DNA of 63,025 nt, the filler included, from Stramenopiles sp. TOSAG23-6 (lineage: Eukaryota): assembly GCA_900128565.1 (NCBI GenBank). It is 11 parts of 11 records of this genome, joined end to end, with 100 filler letters (N's around TTAATTAATTAA, not from the genome) between each part and the next. Parts side by side here need not be neighbours in the genome. Positions count along the whole stretch, not along the records: positions 37,315 to 43,405 come from LT636784.1; positions 43,506 to 49,580 come from LT636785.1; positions 49,681 to 55,753 come from LT636786.1; 8 more parts are not named here. One strand, written 5' to 3'. The notes beneath the pieces are model-generated. The model saw only the letters and a program-made list of their open reading frames with translations, searched no databases and was not told the origin of the DNA. This document shows, one piece after another, positions 38,567 to 49,735 of the stretch. Numbering within the stretch: position 1 is the first letter of the stretch; each line of letters starts with the position of its first letter. The position numbers were made by a program, and so were the translations under genes.

Positions 38567-39988
38567 TCAGAGCCATGTAAGTTTTCGGACATTTTCTTGA
38601 GGCACTTCTTCGTGCTCTAGTGACAATAAAACTTCTGCAATTTCATTTTCTCTTTCAGCAGTCGTTTTGTGTCTTTTGCGTCTGGGCTTTCCGAGTTGTG
38701 TCGCGGGGTGTGTCATTTCACGCTTGGGTAGGGGGGGCTGTCCGAGTTGTGCCGTTCTATACTTGGGCAAGGGGGGATTTCTGAGTTGTGTCATTTTACG
38801 ATAGGGTAGGTGGGGCTGTCTGAGTTGTGACCCAGGTTGTGTCATTTTACGCTTGAGTAGATGACCAACTTTATCAGCTAGGTCATTTTTTACAGCCGAA
38901 GCAACAACAGGAACACCAGTAACAACAGGGAAAACAGGAACAACAGGAACAACAGGGAAAACAGGAACAACAGGAACAACAGGAACAACAGGAACAAAAG
39001 GTAATCTACCGGTGTTTAATCCAACACTACCTTTGGATGCAGATGAAACAGCACGAAATGAACCACCAGCAATTTTTTCTACCTTTTTCACGAATTTAAA
39101 AGCTTCAACTTTTAAATCTTTTGCCCACAAAAGTTGACTACCGTGATCTAGAAATATTCCTTTTTCATCTACAAGCCGAATCTGGCAGCCATTGAATCTT
39201 CCATATGGCAGGCTGTATGGATCAGGATGTCTCATTTTAAATTGTAAGAAATCAACACTACAACGGAAAGCCAAGAAGCTCGCTCGAACCGGGCCCGAGG
39301 TATCACGATAACTCGATGAAGATTTAATTTTAAATTCTAGCTTTAGCATATTTTTCTCTTCAAAGTTTTCGCTAACTGCTTTTTCCATTTCATCTTTCTT
39401 CCACTGTACAACTTCTTTTTGAAAGCGTTCGAGGTCTTTCTTCACAGCTTTTTCCGCTTCATGTTTTCTCCAGTTTGCAGCATCTACTTTAAAGCGTTCG
39501 AAATGTCCCCGCACATCTGAGTTGACGTCATCAGAGGGATTCTTTTCATTTGCCCAGATATCACCCATAAATCTTGTGAGATTCAAATTTAATTTGCTTC
39601 CTTGAAATGTGTCCCTTATCTTTGGATACATAAAACTACTGAAAAGATCCCACAGTGACCTTGGACTTTTGAATGAAAGCTTATGATTCGCGCTTCGAGG
39701 AGCTTCTGGGTTCTTAGTTCTACTCATTCTTTCCAAATCACCAACGGGAATAAATCCAAAATGAGGCGGTCGATCTGTGTTTAGTCTTATTTCCCCAACC
39801 ATATCTTCGTAAGTCATATTTTGATCCACGCTGAAGAGGATTTCAACCCGACTTTGTTTTTCAAAATCGGAAAGTCTTCGACTGAGATTTTTGTAGTCCT
39901 TAGAATTTGGGAACCACCTCATTGCTTCGAATTTCATTGCCTGAGCTTGAATGGCTATACATACCATGATGATCTTTTGGAGTAACAT
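38567..39988 (-). CDS. Hypothetical protein with PVV and KMTQ..P.LP repeats
   Basis: 473-aa intronless ORF; no family recognised. Confidence 0.65.
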   Translation of the reverse strand: MLLQKIIMVCIAIQAQAMKFEAMRWFPNSKDYKNLSRRLSDFEKQSRVEILFSVDQNMTYEDMVGEIRLNTDRPPHFGFIPVGDLERMSRTKNPEAPRSANHKLSFKSPRSLWDLFSSFMYPKIRDTFQGSKLNLNLTRFMGDIWANEKNPSDDVNSDVRGHFERFKVDAANWRKHEAEKAVKKDLERFQKEVVQWKKDEMEKAVSENFEEKNMLKLEFKIKSSSSYRDTSGPVRASFLAFRCSVDFLQFKMRHPDPYSLPYGRFNGCQIRLVDEKGIFLDHGSQLLWAKDLKVEAFKFVKKVEKIAGGSFRAVSSASKGSVGLNTGRLPFVPVVPVVPVVPVFPVVPVVPVFPVVTGVPVVASAVKNDLADKVGHLLKRKMTQPGSQLRQPHLPYRKMTQLRNPPLPKYRTAQLGQPPLPKREMTHPATQLGKPRRKRHKTTAERENEIAEVLLSLEHEEVPQENVRKLTWL

Positions 39989-40222
39989 CTCTCTCTAAAT
40001 TTCGGTGGAAATTACAATGGTATACGTAGTTAAGTTGGTTTGCGTCCAATTTTTTTAATCCGTCTGGTAATAATAGAATTGCACTGGCTCTCTGCACTGA
40101 CTCGTCGCTGACGCTGACCGATAAATATTGGATATGTAACTGTTGAAATAAAAATGTATACAAGTACTAGTACATTTTAACATTCATAACTATAATATTT
40201 ACTATAATATATTCGACACGTG

Positions 40223-40999
40223 ATGTCCAGGAGTTATAAAGGCCCAGCTGCATCTAGAGCAAGTAAGACAAAAAATGCATCCTGGAAAAATGTTGGTCGT
40301 GACACACACGCTGGAAGATTACTTGGCAAACTCTATGGTAGAAAAACAGAAATAAATTACCCTAAAGTTCGGGTAAAACGCAAAATAGAAAATGAAAAGC
40401 GAATCGCATTTTGCCCAGCTGGGGGTAAAGTAGGTGTAGATGCAAGAGGTGGTGGGAGTTGGCGAAGAGTAAAGTCTGAAGATCCGTCGAGAAAGTTTCC
40501 AAGAAATCGGAATTTACGTCGTCAGCAAGACAACTCACTGAGAGATGTTCCACAATTTGGTACGGTAGATATGTATCATAGAAAATCATATCAATCTATT
40601 CAAAAAGAAATGAAGCAAGATACATCATTACAGATAGATTCTAGAGAAATAGGTATGGATGCAATGAAGAGAGCTGAAATTCGAAATGCTCAAAAATGGC
40701 GAATGCAAAATAGTCATCTTTCAAAAGAACAAGCTGACCGTATTAGAAATCCTAACCCTAATCGAACACATATTGCTTCAGTGGCGACTGCTGAAACTTC
40801 ACCGAGAAAAATCCTTGATAAGGAAATGCTTGGACAACAGTTATTTAATGAAATTGCCGGAGAAATAGATGAGCGGCGAAAGCACATGATAGAAATCCGA
40901 AAGCTTGGGCAATCAAATGAAGCTTTTGAATTGCGAATTCAGAAAGAAATTCAACAGCGAGTCAAAGATCTCGAAACACTAAATAAAGATCTTTCGTAA
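40223..40999 (+). CDS. UPF0193 (EVG1)-like protein
   Basis: C-terminal LFNEIAGEIDERRKHMIEIRKLG...IQKEIQQRVKDLE. Confidence 0.65.
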   Translation: MSRSYKGPAASRASKTKNASWKNVGRDTHAGRLLGKLYGRKTEINYPKVRVKRKIENEKRIAFCPAGGKVGVDARGGGSWRRVKSEDPSRKFPRNRNLRRQQDNSLRDVPQFGTVDMYHRKSYQSIQKEMKQDTSLQIDSREIGMDAMKRAEIRNAQKWRMQNSHLSKEQADRIRNPNPNRTHIASVATAETSPRKILDKEMLGQQLFNEIAGEIDERRKHMIEIRKLGQSNEAFELRIQKEIQQRVKDLETLNKDLS

Positions 41000-41066
41000 A
41001 CTTATGTTATGTATATTAGATAATAGTATCATTTCATTACTATTGTGTTGATAATTGTTTTATAAA

Positions 41067-43370
41067 TTAATAAACAATTGACTTTTGAGTGAACTCATCA
41101 GCTTCCAGTGTAGCTTCTTCAAGGGCAGTAATTAACTCAACAAAAGAATTTGTTACATTGTTTGTGCTTGCAAAATCACCAGAATGATCTTTTTGAGTGT
41201 TTTCGTTTCGGTCTTTTTCGGACTCATTAACAATTCCTGTTATTATTGGCATTGTCATAACATATTTTAGTTTTGAAATGTTTCTTTTAGTATGTTCTAA
41301 AACCAAACTAGGTGAATTCGATGATTTCACCAACATTTGTATAAAATGTTTTCTTTTACCAATCATAGACATCAAAGCCTTATCCCACATTCTATCTTTA
41401 TGACTACTTACAATGCTTTGATGTTTACTTTCATCCACCTTTAAAATAGACTCGTTTTTTATTTCTAAACTATTGAAGCTATCAGAAGAGCTGTCCAAGC
41501 TGTCATTTTCATATATATCTATGCTACCATACTCATTTTGAGTATCATTTATGCATACCATCTGTTTTGGAGTTGAGCACATACTGCACTGTAAATGTTT
41601 ATGGTGGTTGACAAAAGTACAAGCTACACAAGACCAATCTAGATCATCTGAGATTACTTCTGATGTATTTGATACATTCGTACTATTTATTTTTGTTTCT
41701 ACTTTATCTACCTCTGAAACAAGTGTTCCTAGTGGGATGACTTCCACAGAAACAGACTCAGATTTTGTTGTAGCCAAACGAAATTGTTTCCAACAACGAG
41801 GACAAACAACATTTTTGGCCATTGAAGGAATCAACATTCGCTGACCACAATATGTACATTTGGTTTCCAGTGTTTTCAATGTATTACGATCATCAAGGTG
41901 TTTAGAGCTATGTGTTTTTCTTAATTTATTCGTATATTCTTTTGGTGTATCTTTCTTGTATGATTTTGGTGTATGATTTTGTATTACTACATTATTCGTC
42001 GTCATAGCTTTTTGAGATATTTCTTTTTGTATGCGAGCATATGTGACATCGATAGCACGGGGTTGCTTTTCAAATGTATCTACTGCGCTCGTCGCTACTT
42101 TATTTTCTTCTAATGGTGCCTTTTTTAAATGATTCATTTGACGAATAGAATCAAATGACTGGATTTCATCAGGAACTCGTGACAGTTTCGCAATGTGTGA
42201 AGTAATTTGTGCATTTTTAAAAGGATTTTTAGGGTTTATAAAAGATTGCCTATCCTTTGATTTGATTCTCCTCGGGCTTATCAATTTTTCTAGCGAATGT
42301 TTTTTTCTTTTTCCTTCTTTGTGTAATGAATCTATCTGAGCGGCAAAGTGTTCCGCAGTCACATCATCATTTACTAGCTTTTGAATATCAAGTTGAGAAT
42401 ACCAGTCTGCATTACTATTAACACCGCTACGAAATTTAGATTTTACTGTGGTATCCGAATCAAATGACATTGTATCTGTATCAATAGAAAAGTTGTATTT
42501 TTTATCAGTTGTGTTATGAACCCAAAGCATATCTCCTACAGCTTTTGTTGTTTCGGAATTAAAACCAATACTTCCTAAAAACCTAGCTAGCTCATCTTTA
42601 ACATAATCAAGTGATAAATGATCGTTGAACCATTCTCCTGCCATATTTTCACATTGATGAGCAAGAGATTGACAATCACTTTTATTCATTGTAGATAATT
42701 TATCATTATTTTGCCTTGTGTCTTGAGTTATACCATCAAAAACGCTTGCCGCAGTAACAGCTTCTTCAAGTAATGACGTCACACCAGCACAAAATACACT
42801 ATCATTACTAACATGCATTTTGTTTGCAGGAGAAGTAAGTTGCTCTTGTAAATCAATATCAGCTGAAGCAAAGCATGAAAAATCTCCATCCTTGAAATTT
42901 TGCTCATGTTTCAATTGAACCTTAGTAAATGCCGATGTTGCTTTTATACATGAATCATATTTTGTTTCTTTATTGTCCAAAGACATACGACGAATATTAC
43001 TTGGGGCAGTAGTACTCATCAATGGAGGTGGTGCACTATTTTTCAAATGTATTTGTCTTTTAATATTTTGTCTATTTTTGATTGGTGAAAGTGGACTATT
43101 CAATATTCCAATTTGTGGTGCATGTACAGCACCACTCCATGCAAATACTTCATCTACAAGCTGAGCACGCAAAAATTCTTGTCTCTCTTCAATCTTTTCT
43201 TTCCATTGCTCTAAACATTTAATAGTTGGGGCTTCAAATACTATATCAACTACCTTTGTATGTATCAATGATGATTTGGATTCTTTGTTTTTATCACCTT
43301 CTGTTGAGAAAGTAATCACTATACGGTTCTGTAATTTCTCATCTAAAGATTTTTTTACATTGGAAAACAT
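41067..43370 (-). CDS. 5'-partial protein with PH-domain tail, zinc ribbon and RanBP2-type zinc finger
   Basis: FEAPT...EQWKEKI; CTYC...CPRC; WSCVACTFVN.....CSMC. Confidence 0.7.
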   Translation of the reverse strand: MFSNVKKSLDEKLQNRIVITFSTEGDKNKESKSSLIHTKVVDIVFEAPTIKCLEQWKEKIEERQEFLRAQLVDEVFAWSGAVHAPQIGILNSPLSPIKNRQNIKRQIHLKNSAPPPLMSTTAPSNIRRMSLDNKETKYDSCIKATSAFTKVQLKHEQNFKDGDFSCFASADIDLQEQLTSPANKMHVSNDSVFCAGVTSLLEEAVTAASVFDGITQDTRQNNDKLSTMNKSDCQSLAHQCENMAGEWFNDHLSLDYVKDELARFLGSIGFNSETTKAVGDMLWVHNTTDKKYNFSIDTDTMSFDSDTTVKSKFRSGVNSNADWYSQLDIQKLVNDDVTAEHFAAQIDSLHKEGKRKKHSLEKLISPRRIKSKDRQSFINPKNPFKNAQITSHIAKLSRVPDEIQSFDSIRQMNHLKKAPLEENKVATSAVDTFEKQPRAIDVTYARIQKEISQKAMTTNNVVIQNHTPKSYKKDTPKEYTNKLRKTHSSKHLDDRNTLKTLETKCTYCGQRMLIPSMAKNVVCPRCWKQFRLATTKSESVSVEVIPLGTLVSEVDKVETKINSTNVSNTSEVISDDLDWSCVACTFVNHHKHLQCSMCSTPKQMVCINDTQNEYGSIDIYENDSLDSSSDSFNSLEIKNESILKVDESKHQSIVSSHKDRMWDKALMSMIGKRKHFIQMLVKSSNSPSLVLEHTKRNISKLKYVMTMPIITGIVNESEKDRNENTQKDHSGDFASTNNVTNSFVELITALEEATLEADEFTQKSIVY

Positions 43371-43566
43371 ATTTTGTTGTGTATATTAATCTTGTGCTAA
43401 AATGTNNNNNNNNNNNNNNNNNNNNNNNNNNNNNNNNNNNNNNNNNNNNTTAATTAATTAANNNNNNNNNNNNNNNNNNNNNNNNNNNNNNNNNNNNNNN
43501 NNNNNAAAACATTTTTTTTTTTTTGATTTTTTTTGATTTTTTTTTTTAGGTAAAAAATTTACTATG

Positions 43567-43597
<31 letters not shown>

Positions 43598-43624
43598 AAT
43601 TTGAAATTCATGATGAAGATGTAC

Positions 43625-44505
43625 AAAGCTACCCGATGTAATAAACTCAAGTTTTTGGATGTTTTACATATTTGTAAAAACGAACGTAATACACCATTTT
43701 TTTCAAGTTGTTTGGAAATGTTTTCATCTCTTGAAATATTTGCAAGTATTGTGAAAAAATATTTTTTTTTTGTTTTTTGTTAGGTACGAAATTTACTATG
43801 AAAAAAAAATTGAAAAAAAAAAAAAAAATGGTCAAGTCGACAACGTACAATAATCCAAACACAATTACAACGAATTGAGTCTACACTTTTTACTTCCTCC
43901 TTATTTTTACTGTTTGCCGAGAGTGCGTTTTTTCCTAATAAAAATACTAGTCTTTTTAATAAATTATCAAATGTCGAAGTCAATAACCCTAACCCTAATT
44001 GTTTCAAGTGATGGATATCAATATTTTTTTTATGTAAAATATTGACAAGAGCAATTGTAGCTACCTCAATGGTATTAATATCTTTACTAAATGATAAAAC
44101 AGATGTTATAGTATCTACAGTATTACATTTTGTGTCTAGTGGACAAAGAGAATGAACAAACTGAACAGAATTATCATTTGTTTTTTTCTCTCCCATCTCA
44201 CTCAAAGAATTAATAGAACTTTTACCTATGATTGATAAAGAAGAAACGGTATTAAAACCTTCTACAGTAGACAATGACATACAATTAGAGCACGCGGATA
44301 TCATACTAAGAGCACCAACACTTTGTAAAATTGAATCTTTATGATTTTCTTGTGTGATACATTTCTGAATATTTCCATTGAGAAACTCAATTCCTCCAAT
44401 ATTTATAAAATATTCCAGGTTTTGTTTTTGTACTGGAGACTTCTCTAAAGCAAATGTTTGAGCTGCTATTGAGATAGAAAGAAATATATCTTGAGCAGTT
44501 TTCAT
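43625..44505 (-). CDS. Armadillo-repeat protein, 3'-partial
   Basis: FINIGGIEFL, ATIALVNI, CVWII|ANIS; exons 44505-43849 and 43743-43625. Confidence 0.65.
43744..43848 (-). mobile_element. Introner-like intron, GT...TT, 105 nt
   Basis: TT|GTACGT...TCACAATACTT|GCA restores the ARM pattern WxIxNI; in-frame stop inside; downstream AGs out of phase. Confidence 0.88.
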
Positions 44506-44957
44506 AGTGCTTGTAGTATTGTGTCTTGATACAAGTTTGGAATTAGAAATGATGTAACAATGAACACTTTGTAATTATTTTAGTATTTCATTTCACTGAG
44601 TAAAAACCGTACAAGAGATCTATAGAATATGCGCTTTTAATATCCATTAAGTATCTATTGATGTACTTAAATATGTGAACCTCTTATTCAATATATTAAA
44701 TATAGAATATTTGCTGCGAATATATCTCACAATGTTATCAAGTTATACTATATACTAGTACGTAATGATTAGCGATAAAAAATCTCAAAATAAAAGCCAA
44801 GTAACTGCCAAATTGGAAAAAAGCCAGTGTGGCAACAGCCTTTTACCAGCGGTCTCATACTACATCTCTGTCTCACTAGTATAGCTAGTACGTGACGACA
44901 TCTCCAAGCGATAGTTCCAATTGCTACTCTATCCAAGTTATAACAATATACATCAAA

Positions 44958-45890
44958 ATGAACCGTCATACAGGTTCTATCAAGAAACGATCAGTAAAGA
45001 ATCAAATACGTGGCATTGAGCGACTTTTACGCCAAGCCGAGAAGAAGAATTTACCGAAACAAAAAATTGCGGAAATGGAAGGTCGATTGAAGTCGCTACG
45101 CAAGAAAAAGATACATCTCAAGACATGTGAGAAAGAAAAGAAGNATGTGTTGCGCTACAAGAAAATCATGTTTATTGAAAAGAAGAAAATTCTTCGTATG
45201 ATTAAAAAGGCAAGACGACAAAATAAGTCTTCTGCAGTTATTGCTTCACTTGAGGCTGATTTACAATATATAGTTCATTTTCCCAAGACAGAAAAATACA
45301 TTTCACTCTTTGTTAAGTCTGACGATGCAGAAAAACTTGCCAGATCGACCAAAAAGCTAAAAGAACTTCGAGAAATTGCGGCAACGAATGCAAAATCTGC
45401 TATACAGCATGAGGAGAATGCGGACGGTTTTGTCAAGAAAAAGAAAACTAAAAAAGGCAAACGTGAACGCGCTGAGGCCCGTGCTGCAATGGCAATGACT
45501 ACAAATACCATTAATATCCAAAGTAATAATGAAATAGTGTCCAATTCGAGTGATATTGAATCATCCGAAGGAGAAGATGAGTCGTCAGAAAATAAAGTCA
45601 TTGACTCATCCGAAGCAGAAGATGAGTCGTCAGAAGATAAAGTCATAGATTCGTTTTTCTTAGATGAAGAGGCTGAACTAAAATCTGAAAGAAAAGAAGC
45701 GGAACGAATACAAGCTAAACTCAAAGCATCCAAGGGTAAATTACATCCTACAAGACGTGAAAAAGCAATATTGAAACGAAAAAATGAAGAGACAGAAAAA
45801 AAAAGCAAAAAGAAGAAAAGAAAGATTGCAAAGATTGATAGATATCATAATTCTAGTGTTTTTATAGATGCAAATAATAATAAAGATTGA
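44958..45890 (+). CDS. EFG1: rRNA-processing protein Efg1
   Basis: KNQIRGIERLL, RYKKIMFIEKKK, DLQYIVHFPKTEKYISLF. Confidence 0.88.
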   Translation: MNRHTGSIKKRSVKNQIRGIERLLRQAEKKNLPKQKIAEMEGRLKSLRKKKIHLKTCEKEKKXVLRYKKIMFIEKKKILRMIKKARRQNKSSAVIASLEADLQYIVHFPKTEKYISLFVKSDDAEKLARSTKKLKELREIAATNAKSAIQHEENADGFVKKKKTKKGKRERAEARAAMAMTTNTINIQSNNEIVSNSSDIESSEGEDESSENKVIDSSEAEDESSEDKVIDSFFLDEEAELKSERKEAERIQAKLKASKGKLHPTRREKAILKRKNEETEKKSKKKKRKIAKIDRYHNSSVFIDANNNKD

Positions 45891-46050
45891 TAGATATCAT
45901 AATTCTAGTGTTTTTATAGATGCAAATAGTAATAAATATAGATAGATATCATAATTTTAGTGTTTTTATAGATGCAAATAGTAATAAAGATTGATAGATA
46001 TCATAATTCTAGTGTTTTTATAGATGCAAATAGTAATAAATATAGATAGA
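45831..46050. repeat. About 4 tandem copies of a 52-bp unit spanning the EFG1 stop codon
   Basis: GATAGATATCATAATTCTAGTGTTTTTATAGATGCAAATA repeated at 52-bp intervals. Confidence 0.9.
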
Positions 46051-46226
46051 TAGATGAAGAAATGTAGAAGATATTTGTTTTGTAACTTTTGTTTTGTACG
46101 TTGCCTACATGTAAACCTTGATGTAACATATTGATGATGTCTACCATTTTTCCAAAATTAAAAATATTTTCTAAAAATTACTTTTATACAAAAATAGTTC
46201 ATTTATATATTAGGGTTAGGGTTAAA

Positions 46227-47413
46227 CTATAATGAAGATAAACCTCTAAGTCCCATCTCATACGCAAAAAATACAGCAGCATTGGACGGTGCAGCTCGCA
46301 GAACTGTTATACCCCATCCTTTATATAATCCACGAAATCCTTCTGTCAAATATATATGACGTAATACAGAATAAAACGTAGGGTTAGGGTTAGAGTTTTT
46401 CAAATGTCCTTTTCTTACGATCATTGCAAAGTCTGAAGTTTGACTAGATCCAGTTGATCCAGTTGTAGTATTCAATAATAATTGTTTTCCTTGAATGCTA
46501 CCTAGACCATGACCAGTTTGGATTCTAGATTTAACGACATCTGCTGGAAAAAAAGCTGTCCAATAAGCAACACCTGCAGATGCCCCAGCCGTAATATAAG
46601 CCAAAGGATGTAAATTAGATTTAGGATTAGGGGGACAATCATTACGTTTATATTTTCGTCTACGAAAAAAATCACAAACGATTTCGTATACACCAAAATA
46701 CGCAATATTTCCAGGTACTTCACGCATTATTGTACTCACATTGCCTCGAAAAAATCCACGTATGCCGTCCTCTTTCATAATCTCAATGATGCACATGAGA
46801 GGTAAAAAAATATTTGTTCATGTCAAAATAAAATAAATGGTTAGTTAGGGTACAAAAAAATTTGAAAAAAGAAAAAAGTTAAACAATACATTTGAACAAT
46901 ACATTTGAACAATATATTTGAAATTCGTGATGAGAAAGCGTACATGAAAGGTCCTTTTAAGCGAGTTGCCTGACTGATAGGCTTTAAATTTTCTATTTGT
47001 AAGCGACATTTGACCAACTCTACTGGAGTCAACACAGTCGAGACACAAATACCAGCTACTCCACTCGCAAGAATACGTTTCCACCAAACAATGTCACTCG
47101 CAAGACCACATTGTGTCGTATGACTAGTACGATCAATGGGGGAAAGTAATCGTTTTACATAACCATATGATGTCATAAGCGTGGATAGTTCTAGCATTGA
47201 CCCAAATAGTGGAGTCATCAATCCTCTATACAATGACTTCATACCACCATTATTGACTACTTGACGGATACAGTCGAAGGCTGAGGAATACTTGGGCATT
47301 TTATGATCTTGGGTCTGTAATAACACCTTCACTGTATCCATAGGATATTCAACAATCTTTCCTACAAACCCACCCAAGGTACCAGCTAAAAAATCCTTCG
47401 TCGAGGGGTCCAT
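46227..47413 (-). CDS. Mitochondrial carrier (SLC25, ornithine/carnitine-like), 2 exons
   Basis: Three Px[DE]xxK motifs (PMDTVK, PVELVK, PADVVK); exons 47413-46944 and 46794-46227. Confidence 0.93.
46795..46943 (-). mobile_element. Introner-like intron, GT...AT, 149 nt
   Basis: AT|GTACGC...CTCTCAT|G restores KGPFMC...EDGIRGFFRG; no AG in the intron; carries the 13-bp minisatellite. Confidence 0.9.
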
Positions 47414-47785
47414 TGAAAGTATAGTATTGGACTTGAGAAACCTCCACTGTTTAGATTCTACGTGAAGAATCTGATGATATCAATCTAATGTATATCGCTC
47501 TATTTTATATAATATATATTTCTCTAATTATCTCTCGATACTGCGAGGGTTGAAAATTGAAATTCTAATACTTAATGATGTTTGTTTGATGACAATTAAT
47601 TGGAATTATACAGCTTTTGTTTGACTGTCGGTCAACTGCTGTGCGAGGAGCGACCGCACTCACTCGACAAATTGGCAAATTCAATGAAATTCGCGGTTAC
47701 AAACCTTGTTGGTTCTACTAGTCAAAAAGCAAAATCCATCAACTAAAAAAAAAAGATATTTATNACGTTCAAGATATTTTAAAAA

Positions 47786-48589
47786 ATGGGAGCATCAGCA
47801 AGTGTCATGGAAAAGGCCACACCTGAGCAACAAGAGGCAATCACTAAAGAGATTGAAAAGTTGAAAGGTGAGGGCATTCCCGAGGAAGACATTCGAAAGC
47901 AAATGAACGAAAAATATCCCGAATTGGCACAGTTTGCTAATGCAGAGGGAACTCCTGCTGCAACCAGCACTACTGGGAAGAAATTTATAATTTCTGGTGC
48001 ACCAGCCAGTGGTAAGGGTACTCAGTGTGCATATATTAAGGATGAATTTAAATGTGTACATCTCTCAACTGGAGATATGCTGCGTGCAGCTGTAAAAGCT
48101 GAAACTGAAGTTGGTCTAAAAGCAAAAGTAATCATGGAGTCTGGTGGCCTAGTTGATGACGAAATCATTATCAAAATTATTCTTGATCGACTCAACGAAG
48201 ATGACTGTAAAACACAAGGTTGGCTTCTGGATGGATTTCCGCGCACTGCTGCTCAAGCCGAAGCTTTAGCTACAGCAGGAATTGTTTGTGATAAGTTTAT
48301 TTTACTTGAAGTTCCTGATGAAGCTCTTGTGAAAAGAGTAACGGGACGTCGGCTTGACCCCGATACAGGAGATATTTATCATCTTGAATTTAAACCTCCA
48401 CCTGAAGAAATTAAAGATAGGCTTGTTCAGAGGTCGGATGATACACCAGAAAAACTCAAACCAAGACTCGAAAATTACCATAAAAACTTGGATGCAATCC
48501 TAGGAAAATTTACGGAAAAACTTTTGAAGGTGGATGGCAACAAAAAACCTGACGAAGTATGGGTAGATGTTAAAGCGGGATGCAGCTAA
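47786..48589 (+). CDS. Adenylate kinase with N-myristoylation-type extension
   Basis: GAPASGKGTQ, HLSTGDMLRA, GWLLDGFPRT, QRSDDT; starts MGASAS. Confidence 0.95.
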   Translation: MGASASVMEKATPEQQEAITKEIEKLKGEGIPEEDIRKQMNEKYPELAQFANAEGTPAATSTTGKKFIISGAPASGKGTQCAYIKDEFKCVHLSTGDMLRAAVKAETEVGLKAKVIMESGGLVDDEIIIKIILDRLNEDDCKTQGWLLDGFPRTAAQAEALATAGIVCDKFILLEVPDEALVKRVTGRRLDPDTGDIYHLEFKPPPEEIKDRLVQRSDDTPEKLKPRLENYHKNLDAILGKFTEKLLKVDGNKKPDEVWVDVKAGCS

Positions 48590-48908
48590 GAAATGCATAT
48601 TGGTAATGACTTGTTAAATTATTTGGTGTGATGTTTTGTGTTTATATCTAAAAAAACAGTCAAATCGAATTTAACTTCTGTTTTTGTTAACATATAAATA
48701 TAAGAAGTTATTTTTGTTCTAGATACTTATATAGTTGTATCTGCGTAAATAGTATATATTCTAGAGATATTTTATTTACTTTTCTCGTTCAGTATAGTAT
48801 GATTATATTAATAATGGGGTCACATATTCTATTGCAAGGCAAAAAAAAACATTGGATATTTTTCCACTTTGCGATACAGTCTACGGACATTACAGTTCAC
48901 GAACGAAC

Positions 48909-49162
48909 TTAAATATCAATTGTATCGTTGACCTCAAACGTTATTAAATATCAATAGTATCGTTGTCCTCAAATTAAATATCAATAGTATCGTTGTCCTC
49001 AAATTAAATATTAGTAGTATCGTTGTCCTCAAACGTTATTAAATATTAGTAGTATCGTTGACCTCAAACGTTATTAAATATCAATAGTATCGTTGTCCTC
49101 AAACGTTATACATTTCACGGACGAACTTAAATATCAATAGCATCGTTGTCCTCAAACGTTAT
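48909..49162. repeat. Six 30-35-bp tandem copies of the 3' end of the adjacent gene plus the genic copy
   Basis: TTAAATATCAATAGTATCGTTGTCCTCAAA(CGTTA) at 48909, 48944, 48974, 49004, 49039, 49074 and 49127. Confidence 0.9.
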
Positions 49163-49354
49163 ACGTTGTGATGAAGAAGACTTTTTCATATGTGATAAGA
49201 GCAGCTTCAACTGGGTTAGAACGTCATCATTGACCGTTTCTTCCGACTCGGCAGTCATACTAGTATAATTCTCTCGTTCGTTAATAAACTTTTCAATGGA
49301 AGCCAATGCCTCGCTTTGACTGCACGGTGAGCGATCGCTTACTCGAATATCCAT
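49127..49354 (-). CDS. Small protein, weakly like RNA polymerase I subunit A14
   Basis: EALASIEKFINERE...VLTQLKLL two-helix pattern. Confidence 0.4.
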   Translation of the reverse strand: MDIRVSDRSPCSQSEALASIEKFINERENYTSMTAESEETVNDDVLTQLKLLLSHMKKSSSSQRITFEDNDAIDI

Positions 49355-49510
49355 TGAACTAAATCAAATATACTAGGACAATTTTTTAAATGAATCTATA
49401 GAGCTACGTTGGACAAGGCAGGCTCAAGTAAAATGTATTTGAAAATCGTAATAATAATAATACGGTGGTGCTACTATTATATTGAGTAGACTCTTGCGTA
49501 GCTTGGTAGC

Positions 49511-49513
<3 letters not shown>

Positions 49514-49551
<38 letters not shown>

Positions 49552-49565
49552 GGGGGGGGGGGGGG
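49514..49565. repeat. (GA)n microsatellite followed by a poly-G run
   Basis: Directly visible near the contig end. Confidence 0.9.
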
Positions 49566-49735
49566 CTGAATTTTTTTTTTNNNNNNNNNNNNNNNNNNNN
49601 NNNNNNNNNNNNNNNNNNNNNNNNTTAATTAATTAANNNNNNNNNNNNNNNNNNNNNNNNNNNNNNNNNNNNNNNNNNNNGTACGAAATTTTGTACCTAA
49701 CGAAAAACAATTTGAAATATTTTTCCAAAATACAT

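Noticed and set aside
48909-49162. CRISPR-like array
   Set aside because: No unique spacers, no cas genes, eukaryotic context; simple tandem repeats. The same applies to 45831-46050 and 62019-63025.
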